Source: Candidatus Methanomethylicia archaeon
GTDB taxonomy: Archaea > Thermoproteota > Methanomethylicia > CALHIW01
Reading direction: 5' to 3'
DNA length: 64,000 nucleotides
Assembly (NCBI GenBank): GCA_038845975.1
Contig: JAWBQF010000002.1
Coordinates: forward strand, 64,001 to 128,000
Every line of letters starts with the position of its first letter. Positions within the stretch are counted from its first letter, which is position 1. Below are positions 39,360 through 50,690 of the stretch, one piece after another. The position numbers were made by a program, and so were the translations under genes. The notes under the pieces were generated by a model. The model had not been told where the DNA came from, searched no databases, and worked only from the letters and a program-made list of their open reading frames with translations.

Positions 39360-41828
39360 ATGGAAAAGTTTTTATATTTTCCTCTATCCTTGATTTTGGT
39401 GGTAGTTTTTGGTGGTGTAGTAAGCTCTAAGCTTAAGGATCATAGGTGGAATATTAATAGGGAGGAAGAGTTAATAAGCATATGGGATAAAGAAGAAATC
39501 TACAAGTTTGTTTTTGATCCATCCTCAAATAAGCCATTAATGGCTATTGATACACCACCCCCTTATACTTCGGGTAAATGGCATGTTGGAGCAGCAGCGC
39601 ATTACGCTCAGATAGATATGATTGCTAGATTTTACCGTATGTATGGTTGGGGGGTTTTAGTACCATTCTATGCTGATCGTAACGGTTTACCTGTTGAAGT
39701 GCTTGTTGAAAAAACTTATGGTATAAATCCATTTGAAGCTGCTTCAACACCTGAAGGAAGATTGAAGTTTCTAGAGATGTGTAGAGTATTTCTAGATCGT
39801 GTTGAGGAGGAGCTTGTAAGAATATGGAGACGACTTGGATGTAGCTTTGAGTATTGGAGAAATGGTACTGATAGCCCAGAGTATAGGAGGATATCTCAAG
39901 CAACATTCATAGAACTATGGAGAAGAGGATTAATATATGAGGCTGAAAGACCTGTAATATGGTGCCCACGATGTAGAACAACACTTGCAGAAGCTGAGAT
40001 TGATAGAGTTGAGGAATACACGAAGCTATACTATTTAAAGTTTAGGGTTATGGAAGATAGTAGGGAAATAGTTATTGCTACGACTAGACCTGAACTCCTT
40101 AATGCATGTGAGGCTGTAGTATATAATCCTGAGGATGAGAGATATGGAAAACTATATGGACTACATGCAGTTATACCATTATACAGTAGAAGCGTACCTA
40201 TACTTAAACATAGCTATGTTAAGCCAGATTTCGGTACAGGTCTTGTAATGGTGTGCAGCTATGGCGATGTAAGTGATGTAAGGATGTTTAGAGAGCTTGG
40301 ACTTAAGCCACGTATCATAGTAAATCCTGATGGAACAATGAATGAAGAGGCTGGAGAATACTTAAAAGGGTTAAATATACGTGAAGCCAAATCCAGAATT
40401 GCTGAAATTCTAGATAGAGAGGGAGTTATAGTTAGGGTTGAGGAGATAAAGCATGAAGTACCTACATGCTGGCGTTGTAAAACCCCGATTGAATATATAA
40501 ATATGAGGGAGTACTTCCTGAAACAACTTGAATTCCACGATGAACTACTAAGGCTAGCTAGAGAGCTTAAGTTTTACCCTGAGGAACATAAGTTAAAACT
40601 TATAGATTGGATTAATTCGTTAACAATGGATTGGCCAATATCTAAAACAAGATTCTACGCTAACGAAATACCACTATGGAAATGTAGTAGATGTCTAGAA
40701 ACATTAGCTCCTGAGCCTGGAATATATTATAGACCATGGATTGATAAGCCGCCATGGAATAAATGTCCTAAATGCGGTGCACCTCAAGAACTTTTAAGAG
40801 GAGAAGTAAAGGTTTTCGATACATGGTTCGACTCCTCAATATCACCACTCTACATCTCAGGATATCTTAGAGACAAGGAGCTATTCAATAGAGTATTTGG
40901 AAACATTCTTAGACCACAGGGATACGATATTATTAGAACATGGTATTACTACACTATACTTAGAGTATACTTACTAACTGGAAAACCTGCATTTAAATGG
41001 TCTAGAATAACAGGTATGGGTCTAGATGATAAAGGAAGGGCAATGCATAAAAGCCTAGGTAATGTTGTAGACCCGGAACCTATAGTTGCAAAGTATGGTG
41101 CTGATGCATTTAGATACTGGGCTGCAATATCAGCAAAGCTTGGAGGGGATTATCGATGGTCTGAGAGACATGTTAAATCAGGAGCCTTATTCATTACGAA
41201 GATATGGAATATTGCAAGATTCATATCATCATTCCCAGAACCTAAAGAAGGATTTAAGCTTAAACCAATAGATGAATCAATACTTACATTAGCATCAGAA
41301 GTAGGTATTAAAGTTATTGAATCATATAAAAATTTCGATGTTTATGAACCTATAAATCAACTCTACAACTTTACATGGAATATCTTTGCAGACCACTACA
41401 TTGAAGCTGTAAAACCTAGAGCATATAATACACTAAAAAAATATTCAGAGGAGGAATGTAGAGCTGCATGGTATACACTTCATACAGTACTTAAAGCCAT
41501 ACTGAAACTATTAGCTCCAATAATGCCCTTTGTAACAGACCATATATGGAGACAAATATATGATTCAAGGGGAGTACATATACAGAAAATAGATGAAAAA
41601 GAGTTTACATATACTTCAAGCTATGGAAAACTATTTCCGAAATTTATGGAATTAAACAGTAAAATCTGGAAGTATAAGAGGGAAAATAAAATTAGACTTT
41701 CAGAACCGTTAAATATTACAGTACACATACCTGAAGAACTTAAACCATTCATAGATGACATAAGAGATCTACATAGGGTAAAAGAAGTAAAAATAGGCGT
41801 ATCTGAATCAGACCAGCTACTACTATGA
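39360..41828 (+). CDS. valS: Valine--tRNA ligase (true start probably a few codons downstream)
   Basis: DTPPPY.SG.WHVG (HIGH-like), WCPRCRTTLA, ATTRPE, DTWFDS, PQGYDII and AMHKS (KMSKS-like). Confidence 0.95.
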   Translation: MEKFLYFPLSLILVVVFGGVVSSKLKDHRWNINREEELISIWDKEEIYKFVFDPSSNKPLMAIDTPPPYTSGKWHVGAAAHYAQIDMIARFYRMYGWGVLVPFYADRNGLPVEVLVEKTYGINPFEAASTPEGRLKFLEMCRVFLDRVEEELVRIWRRLGCSFEYWRNGTDSPEYRRISQATFIELWRRGLIYEAERPVIWCPRCRTTLAEAEIDRVEEYTKLYYLKFRVMEDSREIVIATTRPELLNACEAVVYNPEDERYGKLYGLHAVIPLYSRSVPILKHSYVKPDFGTGLVMVCSYGDVSDVRMFRELGLKPRIIVNPDGTMNEEAGEYLKGLNIREAKSRIAEILDREGVIVRVEEIKHEVPTCWRCKTPIEYINMREYFLKQLEFHDELLRLARELKFYPEEHKLKLIDWINSLTMDWPISKTRFYANEIPLWKCSRCLETLAPEPGIYYRPWIDKPPWNKCPKCGAPQELLRGEVKVFDTWFDSSISPLYISGYLRDKELFNRVFGNILRPQGYDIIRTWYYYTILRVYLLTGKPAFKWSRITGMGLDDKGRAMHKSLGNVVDPEPIVAKYGADAFRYWAAISAKLGGDYRWSERHVKSGALFITKIWNIARFISSFPEPKEGFKLKPIDESILTLASEVGIKVIESYKNFDVYEPINQLYNFTWNIFADHYIEAVKPRAYNTLKKYSEEECRAAWYTLHTVLKAILKLLAPIMPFVTDHIWRQIYDSRGVHIQKIDEKEFTYTSSYGKLFPKFMELNSKIWKYKRENKIRLSEPLNITVHIPEELKPFIDDIRDLHRVKEVKIGVSESDQLLL

Positions 41829-42131
41829 GATTCATAGATTCCACTATTTGCATAGGAATTAGTACGTTAAAAAATTATCAAGCACTTTTAGAAATATATT
41901 TCTGCATCCACAGGTTTTGCTTAACTTGATATGTTACATAGACAAGATATGTTTAGTAGATCTAATAAATTTAGATTTGAATTCTGCCATAGAGATCATT
42001 GGTATGTGAGCTAAATCTTTATGAAGCATAATGTGAAATTCTAAATCTATTTTCTATCTTCTCCAATATTCTTTGAGAACACCATAAGCTTGCTCATCTT
42101 CTGAAACATAAATGTTATTTAATCAATTAGA

Positions 42132-42814
42132 GCTTTACGAACTAGGTCTTATTTTGAGGTTTCCCTTCTACTTATGATGAAATTACAGTTAGGGTTACTA
42201 GGTTTATTAGAAGGATATCTCTTATTGTTATGATACGTATACATGTTTATTTAGGATGACCTAAGATATAGACTTATTTATTGTAGGATTTATACATCTA
42301 TACATGGTTTATTTTAAGATATTAAGTTTGATAAAGAGGAGCTAGAATTGCTAGTTGATGATACCATTGTTAGTTAGGTTCCAGAAATAGGATTATTATG
42401 CTGTTTTCAAATCCCTTACTAGGAAGAATGTTTACATACATTTACAACGCTACAAATACGTTTACATCTTCATCATCCCCTAAAAGAATTAGGACTATAT
42501 ATAGATCTAGGATAATTGTATTTAGCGATGCCTTACCATTAAAGCTATGTAGAATAATACTAGCTAGCAAGTATATAGTTTAGAAGTTAGAAACTTAATG
42601 AGGAGGATAATACGGTTAGAATAGGAATATGTTCTTCGATAATTATATGTATGTAAAGGATAATGGTAAACACGTTATCTATGCTTATAAAATTAATAGT
42701 ATACATACTAAACAAACATGAATTAATGAAAATGTAAACGCATAAAATATAACTTTTCCAAAATTCATAAAAACAATCAAAAATAGAGGGGTGAACATGC
42801 TAAGCTCATAAAGC
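42132..42814 (+). mobile_element. Decayed IS6-family element
   Basis: Imperfect TIRs GCTTTACGAACTAG and CTAAGCTCATAAAGC, about 680 bp apart. Colinear similarity to 49740-50283. Confidence 0.6.
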
Positions 42815-42857
42815 TTATGGAAAAGTTTATATAATTGTATACATGAAGTATACATAG

Positions 42858-43085
42858 ATGTTTATGCCTGTTATTAGTGTGAGAGTTGATGAGAAAGTTA
42901 AACAAGTTTTAAAGGAGGCTAATATAGATATTAGTAGAGAGGTAAAGCTGTTTTTGGAGAATTTGGCTTGGAGGATTGAAGTTAAAAAAAGAATTGAGAG
43001 ATTAAATAGTATATTAAGTGGAATTAAACCAGCTGAGGAAGGGTTCTCAACGGCTTCAATAAGGGAGGACCGTGAGAATAATTGA
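42858..43085 (+). CDS. VapB-type antitoxin (RHH)
   Basis: VISVRV.....K RHH N-terminus and C-terminal IREDRE; overlaps the PIN gene. Confidence 0.85.
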   Translation: MFMPVISVRVDEKVKQVLKEANIDISREVKLFLENLAWRIEVKKRIERLNSILSGIKPAEEGFSTASIREDRENN

Positions 43086-43467
43086 TGCATCCTCTCTAGC
43101 CAAGTATGTTAATCATGAGAAAGGTTGGAAAAACATAGAATCCTATTTAATTGAGGGATGTGTTACATTAGATTTAGCTGTTAAGGAGGTTTTAAACTCC
43201 ATCTGGAAAAGATACTTAAGAAGTGAGTTTAAGATTGAACAAGCACAGAATATTATGTTTGAATTCCTAAATAATATTCCTGTAAAAACAATAGCTCAAA
43301 ACAAATATTTAGCTGACGCTATTAAGATTTCCTTAAAGTATAAAATTACAATATATGACTCACTATATTTAGCTTTAGCTATAAGGGAAGGATTGGAGCT
43401 AATAACTTCTGATGAAAAACAATATAAAGTAGCTATAAGTGAAAATTTAAAAACAATCTTAGCTTAA
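43072..43467 (+). CDS. vapC: VapC PIN-domain toxin
   Basis: IIDAS, KEV.N, ITIYDSLYLALA and LITSD. Confidence 0.9.
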   Translation: MRIIDASSLAKYVNHEKGWKNIESYLIEGCVTLDLAVKEVLNSIWKRYLRSEFKIEQAQNIMFEFLNNIPVKTIAQNKYLADAIKISLKYKITIYDSLYLALAIREGLELITSDEKQYKVAISENLKTILA

Positions 43468-43616
43468 TAATCTCATAGTACTTCAATTTTAAATCCTCTT
43501 AAAGTTAATAGAAAATTAAGCTTTACAATATGCTGACAGAAAGTTTAGAACTTTAATTCTAGAATGTTAGACGTGACCACATATTCATAATTCTCATTAT
43601 TATAATCTTCAACTAA

Positions 43617-43634
43617 GAACTTGTCTGAAAACTC
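43617..43634. repeat. Isolated TIR of the 90-bp MITE family
   Basis: GAACTTGTCTGAAAACTC is a near-perfect reverse complement of the right end at 33154-33172. Confidence 0.55.
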
Positions 43635-43979
43635 TTAGGAGGGATTCTAACCGGCTAAATTAAATAATGAGTTTAAATAAGCTCTATAAAAGAAATTAAT
43701 GACTTAGGAATAATTAAACATCACTTAAGATACTGGTTTAGAATATGTCTCTATACTAGATTTTGAGTTGGACGCTTATATGTGGCCTAAATATTTAAAG
43801 CCCAAATAAAGTTCAAAGCCAAGATAGAAGGTTTGGTAGTGTTTTACATAAGTTTTCCGTGATGTATCTCTCCGTACCAATTTGGTTATAATCTATATTA
43901 TTATGATCTAATTTATATTCACCTTGCTTCTTATTAAATGATAACTCTTATCAACATAGATTTAAAATTAGTTGACAGA

Positions 43980-44396
43980 ACTTCGTGAACTTAAGCATGT
44001 TTATCATCTCTATTTTGTTATTGCTTCCATGAATTCTAGCTTTACCTTCTTATCAATCAATGTTTGTTAACTATACTATTGATTTTATAAGATGAGTACA
44101 TGTCCACCATTACATTTATCCTTCATGTTATTGAATAGTCTATATATCTTACTGTATAATTAACTATAACAATTCTAACCTTCTAAACTCAAATAGGAAG
44201 CCTAAGATAAATCATAACATCATAGATACATAACTTCACAATAATGAAGCTTAAAATATATGAAGCAATCCTAAATGAACAAATATATAAGAATAATTAA
44301 AGTAAATGGAGCTCTTTAATAAACCTAATAACTTTAGCCATATTACCCCATAAATAAGGAAATGGAACTTCCAAATAAAGCTAAAGTTCACAGAGC
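43980..44396 (-). mobile_element. Internally deleted IS6-family copy
   Basis: 44072-44103 is a perfect 32-bp reverse complement of 50153-50184. Ends read CTTCGTGAACTTAAG and CTAAAGTTCACAGAGC. Confidence 0.65.
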
Positions 44397-44452
44397 AACT
44401 AGTAACATAGAGAATTTATATATTACGTTGGTTAAACTAATTAGGTGAAATT

Positions 44453-45625
44453 ATGGGTATTTATCCATCTAGGAAGCTTATAATGCTACCTGGACCAACA
44501 AATGTTCCTGAACGAGTTCTGCATGCCATGGTTAAGCCGGTAATAAACCATAGGGGACTTGAATTTAGAAAGCTATATAGAAGCATTGTTGAGAAGGCTA
44601 AGCTAGTATTTGAAACAAATGGTGATGTAGTTATACTTTCATCCTCTGGAACAGGAGGTGTTGAGGCAAGCGTAGCTAACATTGTTAGGAAGGGAGATAA
44701 TGTAGTAGTCCCTGTTTTTGGTGAGTTTAGTGGAAGACTTGCTGAACAGATTGCTTTAGCTGGAGGGAATGTTATAAGAGTTAATGCACCATTAGGATCA
44801 GTTCCTACCCTAAGCGAAATTGAGGAGACAGTAGAGAAGACTAGAAATATTAAGGCTATATATGTTGTCTATAATGAAACATCTCCTGGAGCAACATATA
44901 GACAGCTTAAAGAGGTTTCAGATATAGCTAGTAAATATGGTGCGTTTATGGTAGTTGATGCCATATCCATTTTTGGAGGTGATGAGCTTTTACAGGATAA
45001 ATGGAATATAGATATTGTTATTGCAGGTAGTCAGAAATGTTTAAGTATGCCTCCCGGCCTAGCTTTACTTGGAGTAAGCGATAAAGCAAGAAAATATATA
45101 CAGTCAAATCCTCCTCCAACAGCTTACTTCAATATTGCAAGATATATAGAGTATGGAGAAAAGGGGGAAACTCCATACACACCCGCAATTCCTTTATTCT
45201 ATGCCTTAGAGGAGGCTTTAGAAATAATTCTTGAAGAGGGATTACATAATAGAATAAGAAGACATAGAGTTACAGCTGAAGCATTCTATGAGGGATTAAT
45301 ATCGATTGGACTTAAACCCTTTGTAAAGCCAAATGCAAGATCAAATGTAGTTATTTCAATAGAGTATCCTAATGGAATAGATGATAAAAAATTTAGAGAA
45401 GAGTTAGATCAAAAATTCGGAGTTGTGATTGCTGGCGGCTTTGGAGAGCTTAAGGGTAAAATATTTAGAATTGGAAACATGGGTGAAGTATCAAGATACC
45501 ATGTATTAACAACTCTTAACGCTATAGGAGCTACACTAAATCTGAATGGATTCAACGTAGACATGGAGAAAATGATTTCAATAGCTGAAGATAAGCTTAA
45601 AACATTAGGTAGCCCAAAACATTAA
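44453..45625 (+). CDS. Class V PLP aminotransferase (alanine-glyoxylate / serine-pyruvate type)
   Basis: MLPGPT, HRG, SGTG, NETS, VDAIS, GSQKCLSMPPG and FRIGNMG. Confidence 0.92.
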   Translation: MGIYPSRKLIMLPGPTNVPERVLHAMVKPVINHRGLEFRKLYRSIVEKAKLVFETNGDVVILSSSGTGGVEASVANIVRKGDNVVVPVFGEFSGRLAEQIALAGGNVIRVNAPLGSVPTLSEIEETVEKTRNIKAIYVVYNETSPGATYRQLKEVSDIASKYGAFMVVDAISIFGGDELLQDKWNIDIVIAGSQKCLSMPPGLALLGVSDKARKYIQSNPPPTAYFNIARYIEYGEKGETPYTPAIPLFYALEEALEIILEEGLHNRIRRHRVTAEAFYEGLISIGLKPFVKPNARSNVVISIEYPNGIDDKKFREELDQKFGVVIAGGFGELKGKIFRIGNMGEVSRYHVLTTLNAIGATLNLNGFNVDMEKMISIAEDKLKTLGSPKH

Positions 45626-45703
45626 TAGAATACCATACCAATACAGTGTTCTAATAGATAGCTCTACAAGATGAAAAGAGGAGGCTTTACATGAATATAT
45701 TTC

Positions 45704-46333
45704 TCAGCTAGATTCTCCAGACATCCTGTAAACAACTTCAGAACAGAAGCTCCTAACAGGACATTCAATACACCTCCTTTTTTTACAGTATTCAATCCCT
45801 ATCCTTACAAGTTGCGATTCAAAGCTTTTAACATCACTAAACCCTATTTTCTGAGCAGTTATAATAGCGATACTTGATGGTTTTGGATCTGCTTTAACCC
45901 AAATACCTCTCAACTCTCTTAGAAATATGTTTATAGCTACAGGACCTACACCTTTAAGCTTCATTAATCTCCTCTCCAAATCCTCTGAATCCTTAGAGTG
46001 TTTATGAAGCTCTTCAAGATTCCCATAAATATTTTTTAATGTATTTAAAGCTTCAAGAATATTGGAGGCTGTTGAAAAATCATATCTTACATATCCCCCC
46101 TCATCAAGAACTTCAACAAGTCTATTCCATCCAGCATTAAGAATATTATCAGGACTGTCAAGCTTATACTCTATGAAGAGCTTAAACGTTCTCTTAGCTA
46201 TATCTGATGAAATCCTCTTAGCAAATAATATAGAGGCAATAAACCATTTAAACCTATCTTCAACCTTCCTTAAATCCAATCCAAGCTCTACCGAATAAGT
46301 TGGAATCCTAGATAAAACCTCTGGAATACTCAT
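45704..46333 (-). CDS. HhH-GPD superfamily (endonuclease III-related) protein with C-terminal Fe-S motif
   Basis: FKWFIASILF, GGYVRYD, LKGVGP (HhH) and CKKRRCIECPVRSFC. Confidence 0.8.
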   Translation of the reverse strand: MSIPEVLSRIPTYSVELGLDLRKVEDRFKWFIASILFAKRISSDIAKRTFKLFIEYKLDSPDNILNAGWNRLVEVLDEGGYVRYDFSTASNILEALNTLKNIYGNLEELHKHSKDSEDLERRLMKLKGVGPVAINIFLRELRGIWVKADPKPSSIAIITAQKIGFSDVKSFESQLVRIGIEYCKKRRCIECPVRSFCSEVVYRMSGESS

Positions 46334-46692
46334 AATTAATAGATTAATAGATTCAAATAAACCTAATTTACAAATTAAATATTCTTGCGAACTTAAACCA
46401 TCAACTACATTTATCGTCCATATCTAAAGTTCACAGAGCCAAATTAAACCTATCATATTTAACATAATGAATAATAACTAATTCATCATCATGGATCCAT
46501 GGATTTTACTCCCCATCTCTTACAATTTCAAAAATTTCATCATTAACAAAGATCTACATAATAAACATGTTTTATAGAGGAAAGCCAGTATTAGCTTGAT
46601 AATGCCTAAATATCTATTTAGGAACTTTTGGTAAGCTGGCTTAATTGGAAATATTTAGCATTAAATACAAGGTTAGAGTAGGATTTAGGTTA

Positions 46693-48840
46693 TTAGGTAC
46701 TTCTACTCCTTCCTAGAAGGACTACTAGAAAAGCTATTATGATTATTAGTATAAGTATGGTAGCTATTACTTCTAGAGTAGGGAATGTGGTGGTTGGTGA
46801 TGTTACTAAAGGACTAGGAGTTGAGCTTACTGGTTGAGTTAATAGTTTAACTTCTATTGGAGCTATGTAGGGTTTTAATCTTGAAGCTATGGGTATGCTT
46901 ATTTCAGCTATTGGTTGCTCCTCCTCCACTTCTACTCCTAGACTTGGATCATGCTCTAGCATTCCATCATTAAAGTATGGGTAGCATATATATAGCTTCA
47001 GAAATCCAGGTGCTTCAAGATAACTTGCATAAACGTTAGTAATATTATATGTACCATTAGGATATCGAACTATTGCTTCACCCATAAATTTAAAGAAGCC
47101 TTTAAGCATTCTATCCCTGGATATAAAGTTGAATTTTACCGGTAGTTTCCCTACTTTAATTTCTACTTCATTCTCAGCTTCAGCATTAATATCTATACTT
47201 AAGTTTAAATCCTTTAGTAAAATGGTATCTGAAGCAGATAAATCACTACCATACTGACCATGCCATACATTCCTAATACGTGTCATATTAATCGATGCTA
47301 AATTAACCCATAATGCTAATGCACTAAATAGATTTATTGAAGTATTAACCCTCCTATCTACTGCTTGAGTAACCATATCTCTTATCGTTGGCGTAATCCA
47401 TATCCAATTTTGAACTATAAGATCTATTTTAAGTTCAGCTTTTGAAACATTATACTTTAAACCATTAATCCTCTCAACTACAGGGAATGTGTAGAGTCTA
47501 CATCTAATCATTATGTTTCCTTCAGTAAACCCAAATCTTAATGGAGCTGACTTAAGCATATATGTAAATGCTAAACCAGTAGCTTCACTACTTCTCGATG
47601 GAATATATTCTAAATCCATTAAGGACCATTCACACTCCTGAAAGCTTAGAAATGGGGGATGTGTAAATTCCATTATTTGATTTACATTCTCAATAATTCC
47701 ACTTATCCTACTGTTAATGTTCTTCCTCAATACTAATAGTCTAGATTTAAGCTCTACTAGATTACTAACTAGTAAAACTCTACATTTAAGATAGTTTTCA
47801 ATACCTCCTTCTAAACATTCTTTAACCCTCTCTACTATGGATTTACATGATGAATCTAAGGAATCCATGATTGGAGTAATAGTAGCTAGTAGATTACTGA
47901 GAATTAGTAGTTCCCTATCTAAATCTACTTTATTCATGAATGTTTCTACGTATATATTAAACTTTTCAATAGATATGTTTAGATCATTAAATTTACTTAT
48001 TAAACTATATAGTAGGATTAAACAATCGTTACGTGTAGAGTTCATTACGTTTCTACATGATGAACAATATTCATTCTCAATAAGATCATCAATATATTTA
48101 CTTAAATCTATAGATTGATTCTTCAAATCATTTATTAAACTATTTAGCCTATTAGTTCTCTCATCAACTTCCCTAATATATAAGGATATAGCCGTTAAAT
48201 TTAAGCTAGCCATATCCGAAAGGATCAGTAATAATTTATCTAGGTTAAATAGTATCTCACTAATTGTTTTCTGTTTTACATATATGTATGGATCAAAACT
48301 ACGATATTTTATCTTTAGAGATCTTATGGAGTCTCTAAGAGTAGTAAGTGATTTATTATATAGTTCAACATCTTGAATAATATTGTCAATCTTAAACATT
48401 ATAGCTACTACCTGATTTTTAAAATCCTCTATGCTAACTCCAACTTCCTCGTATTGATCTATAATGTTAATGATGTTATTAATACAAATACTTAAACCTA
48501 TAAACTCATCAATAACTGGCTTAACTAACGTTACATTTATGTTTGTAGTATTTGCTACATGTATTCTTCTAAACGGGCTTGGTGTAGAATTAACTACAAA
48601 ATACTCCCATAAACCCACAAAATCAACCAAATACTTAGTATTGCTACTATCGTTACACCACCATATAAACATTGGACGTGAACCATTAGAAGTAAACATA
48701 ACCGTTAAATCATTAGTCTTAACAATACGCCAACCATTACCCTCTACAACCTGAATACTAGATGCACTAACATTTAAATGCAATTGTAGAAGTAAAACAG
48801 CCAATATAGATACAATAATTACTCTACAATTTCTACTCAT
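46693..48840 (-). CDS. Secreted, C-terminally anchored surface protein with a long central helical/coiled-coil insert
   Basis: Signal peptide, beta-rich N- and C-terminal regions (PMFIWW, LKID, HDPSLGV), Ser/Thr/Pro linker, TM helix with basic tail, and many N-x-S/T sequons. Confidence 0.8.
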   Translation of the reverse strand: MSRNCRVIIVSILAVLLLQLHLNVSASSIQVVEGNGWRIVKTNDLTVMFTSNGSRPMFIWWCNDSSNTKYLVDFVGLWEYFVVNSTPSPFRRIHVANTTNINVTLVKPVIDEFIGLSICINNIINIIDQYEEVGVSIEDFKNQVVAIMFKIDNIIQDVELYNKSLTTLRDSIRSLKIKYRSFDPYIYVKQKTISEILFNLDKLLLILSDMASLNLTAISLYIREVDERTNRLNSLINDLKNQSIDLSKYIDDLIENEYCSSCRNVMNSTRNDCLILLYSLISKFNDLNISIEKFNIYVETFMNKVDLDRELLILSNLLATITPIMDSLDSSCKSIVERVKECLEGGIENYLKCRVLLVSNLVELKSRLLVLRKNINSRISGIIENVNQIMEFTHPPFLSFQECEWSLMDLEYIPSRSSEATGLAFTYMLKSAPLRFGFTEGNIMIRCRLYTFPVVERINGLKYNVSKAELKIDLIVQNWIWITPTIRDMVTQAVDRRVNTSINLFSALALWVNLASINMTRIRNVWHGQYGSDLSASDTILLKDLNLSIDINAEAENEVEIKVGKLPVKFNFISRDRMLKGFFKFMGEAIVRYPNGTYNITNVYASYLEAPGFLKLYICYPYFNDGMLEHDPSLGVEVEEEQPIAEISIPIASRLKPYIAPIEVKLLTQPVSSTPSPLVTSPTTTFPTLEVIATILILIIIIAFLVVLLGRSRST

Positions 48841-49129
48841 ACAAGTTATCTCATTATAAACGGGGATAATTAAACATTTCCATATTGCATGCTTTTATTT
48901 CAGGAATATAAAATTTGCCTTACAACAAGTAAATGAAAAGGTTTAGTCTTTACTTATGCTAAATTAGTATACATTGTTGAGCTAGTCCAGAAATGAAACC
49001 CGATAGTGCATAGAGCTTTTGATTTAAAATGAAACTGCTACAAGCATAAATTATGCTAGTTAAACTATTACTTCTTAAAACTAAAAATTGTTAATATACT
49101 TTAAGCATACGTTGATAAGTTTCCCTAGC

Positions 49130-49740
49130 GCCATTTGTATTGTAAAGACCTGCTTATAACAACCAAAGCTAAAACATCAAAGCAGCCAGGCCACTAACAC
49201 AGACTCATTCCAAACTGTCGACTATCTCCCCACCTATAGATGAAGCTAGCTTAATGGCAATTGTTACTTCGTTTCTACATGCATTATCATCCATATCCAG
49301 TTCGCCCTTAACGAGTAGCGTATATGCGTCTATGTAGCATATTCTAGACGGAATACCTTATGCCCCAAGTAAAAGTTAATGTCCTAGCCTTGTCTGGATT
49401 AAACTCTATGAAATCCTGCATAGGCCCAACTTCAAGCCCACCATATTAATAGCATCTTAACTCAAAGGATTCTATTCTGCTTCCATCATTTTCCACTATA
49501 ACCTTTATGGTTACGGCTTCACTTCGAAATACATCTGTCAATTCTGGGACATGACTTGTAATCACTATAGTGTGAGTCATTACCTTCATGTATGCAGTAG
49601 AGGTGAAGATATTGTTGGTTTCATCACTTTCATTTATTTCATATCCACTATATACAAAGGTCTTTATGTAATGGATGTATGCTCATTTGAAAGATGGTTA
49701 TGTGTTTTTCGTTCATGTAGGATGTCTTCAATATTCTAAG
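49130..49740 (-). pseudogene. Remnant of a CARDB (Ig-like) repeat surface protein
   Basis: Manual translation gives INESDETNN..., VTIKVIVENDG..ESFELRCY*, RTLTFTW and GELDMDDN, with stops and frameshifts. Confidence 0.65.
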
Positions 49741-50283
49741 CTTCATTATTTTAGGTTATGCATCCATACTTTCACGGCTTAGATCTTTAGCTTATATTAA
49801 TTATGATAAGAGAAATGTTAGGGTCGTTATGGTTTATGAATACTATTATTAATATTAGTTCTAAAGTAGGATTGTTGTTTTGAGCCATTATTGAGGGATA
49901 CTATATGTATGGATTTATGATGTTGTAAATACGTCTACATATTTAGTATTCATTAGGGATTAGAGCTGTTTACAGCTCTAAATGGGTGTATTAACTATGG
50001 TGCTCAATATTATAGGGCTTCACGTAAGATATTGAATTTAAACATCAAGTATATAGTTGAGGTAGGAATCTAATGGAGGGAATAATTCAGTATGTTAAGG
50101 ATAAATAAGCTATTCGATAACTACATATTATGAAGGATAAATGTGATGGTGAACATGTACTCATCTTATAAAATCAATAGTATACATACAAATGAAACAT
50201 GGATTGATGGGAAGATAAAAGCAGAAGGGTTCATAGAAAACACAATACAATAGAGGTGATCAACATGCTTAGGTTCACAAGAC
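49740..50283 (+). mobile_element. Decayed IS6-family element (left bound approximate)
   Basis: Fragment MEGIIQYVKDK..FDNY resembles the IS6 C-terminal motif. Similar to 42132-42814 and 43980-44396; right end CTTAGGTTCACAAG. Confidence 0.6.
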
Positions 50284-50690
50284 ATCAAAGATCATCCGAA
50301 GCTTACATCATCCTAGCTAGTTTATGCCTTCATAAATTGGAGAATGGCAATATATGTTTAAGTTAAGTCCAGTTTATATCTGCTTTTAAGATATTCCCTC
50401 TTTAATATCTCTAATTCTTTTGAGAACTGATATCGTTTATTTATATTCATCATTTAGTGTTTTACATAGCATCATTGAGCATAAACCCTAAAGAAACAAC
50501 GTATGTGAGCATTGCTGTTAATAGACTTATTTAAGCTTATCTATTCTGATCGTGATACTGTCAAGTTAAGCCTTAAATTTTATAATTTTACTCACACTAA
50601 CTTGATGGACCTCATAGCTGCTGTGTAAGATATGCTTAAAGAATATTTCTTTCAAAATAATGAGTGAAATTTAGGTTATTAAATATATTT

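Noticed and set aside
42398-42583. 61-aa ORF, and similarly 49551-49739 and 62707-62889
   Set aside because: These fall within decayed IS or pseudogene sequence and are chance frames.
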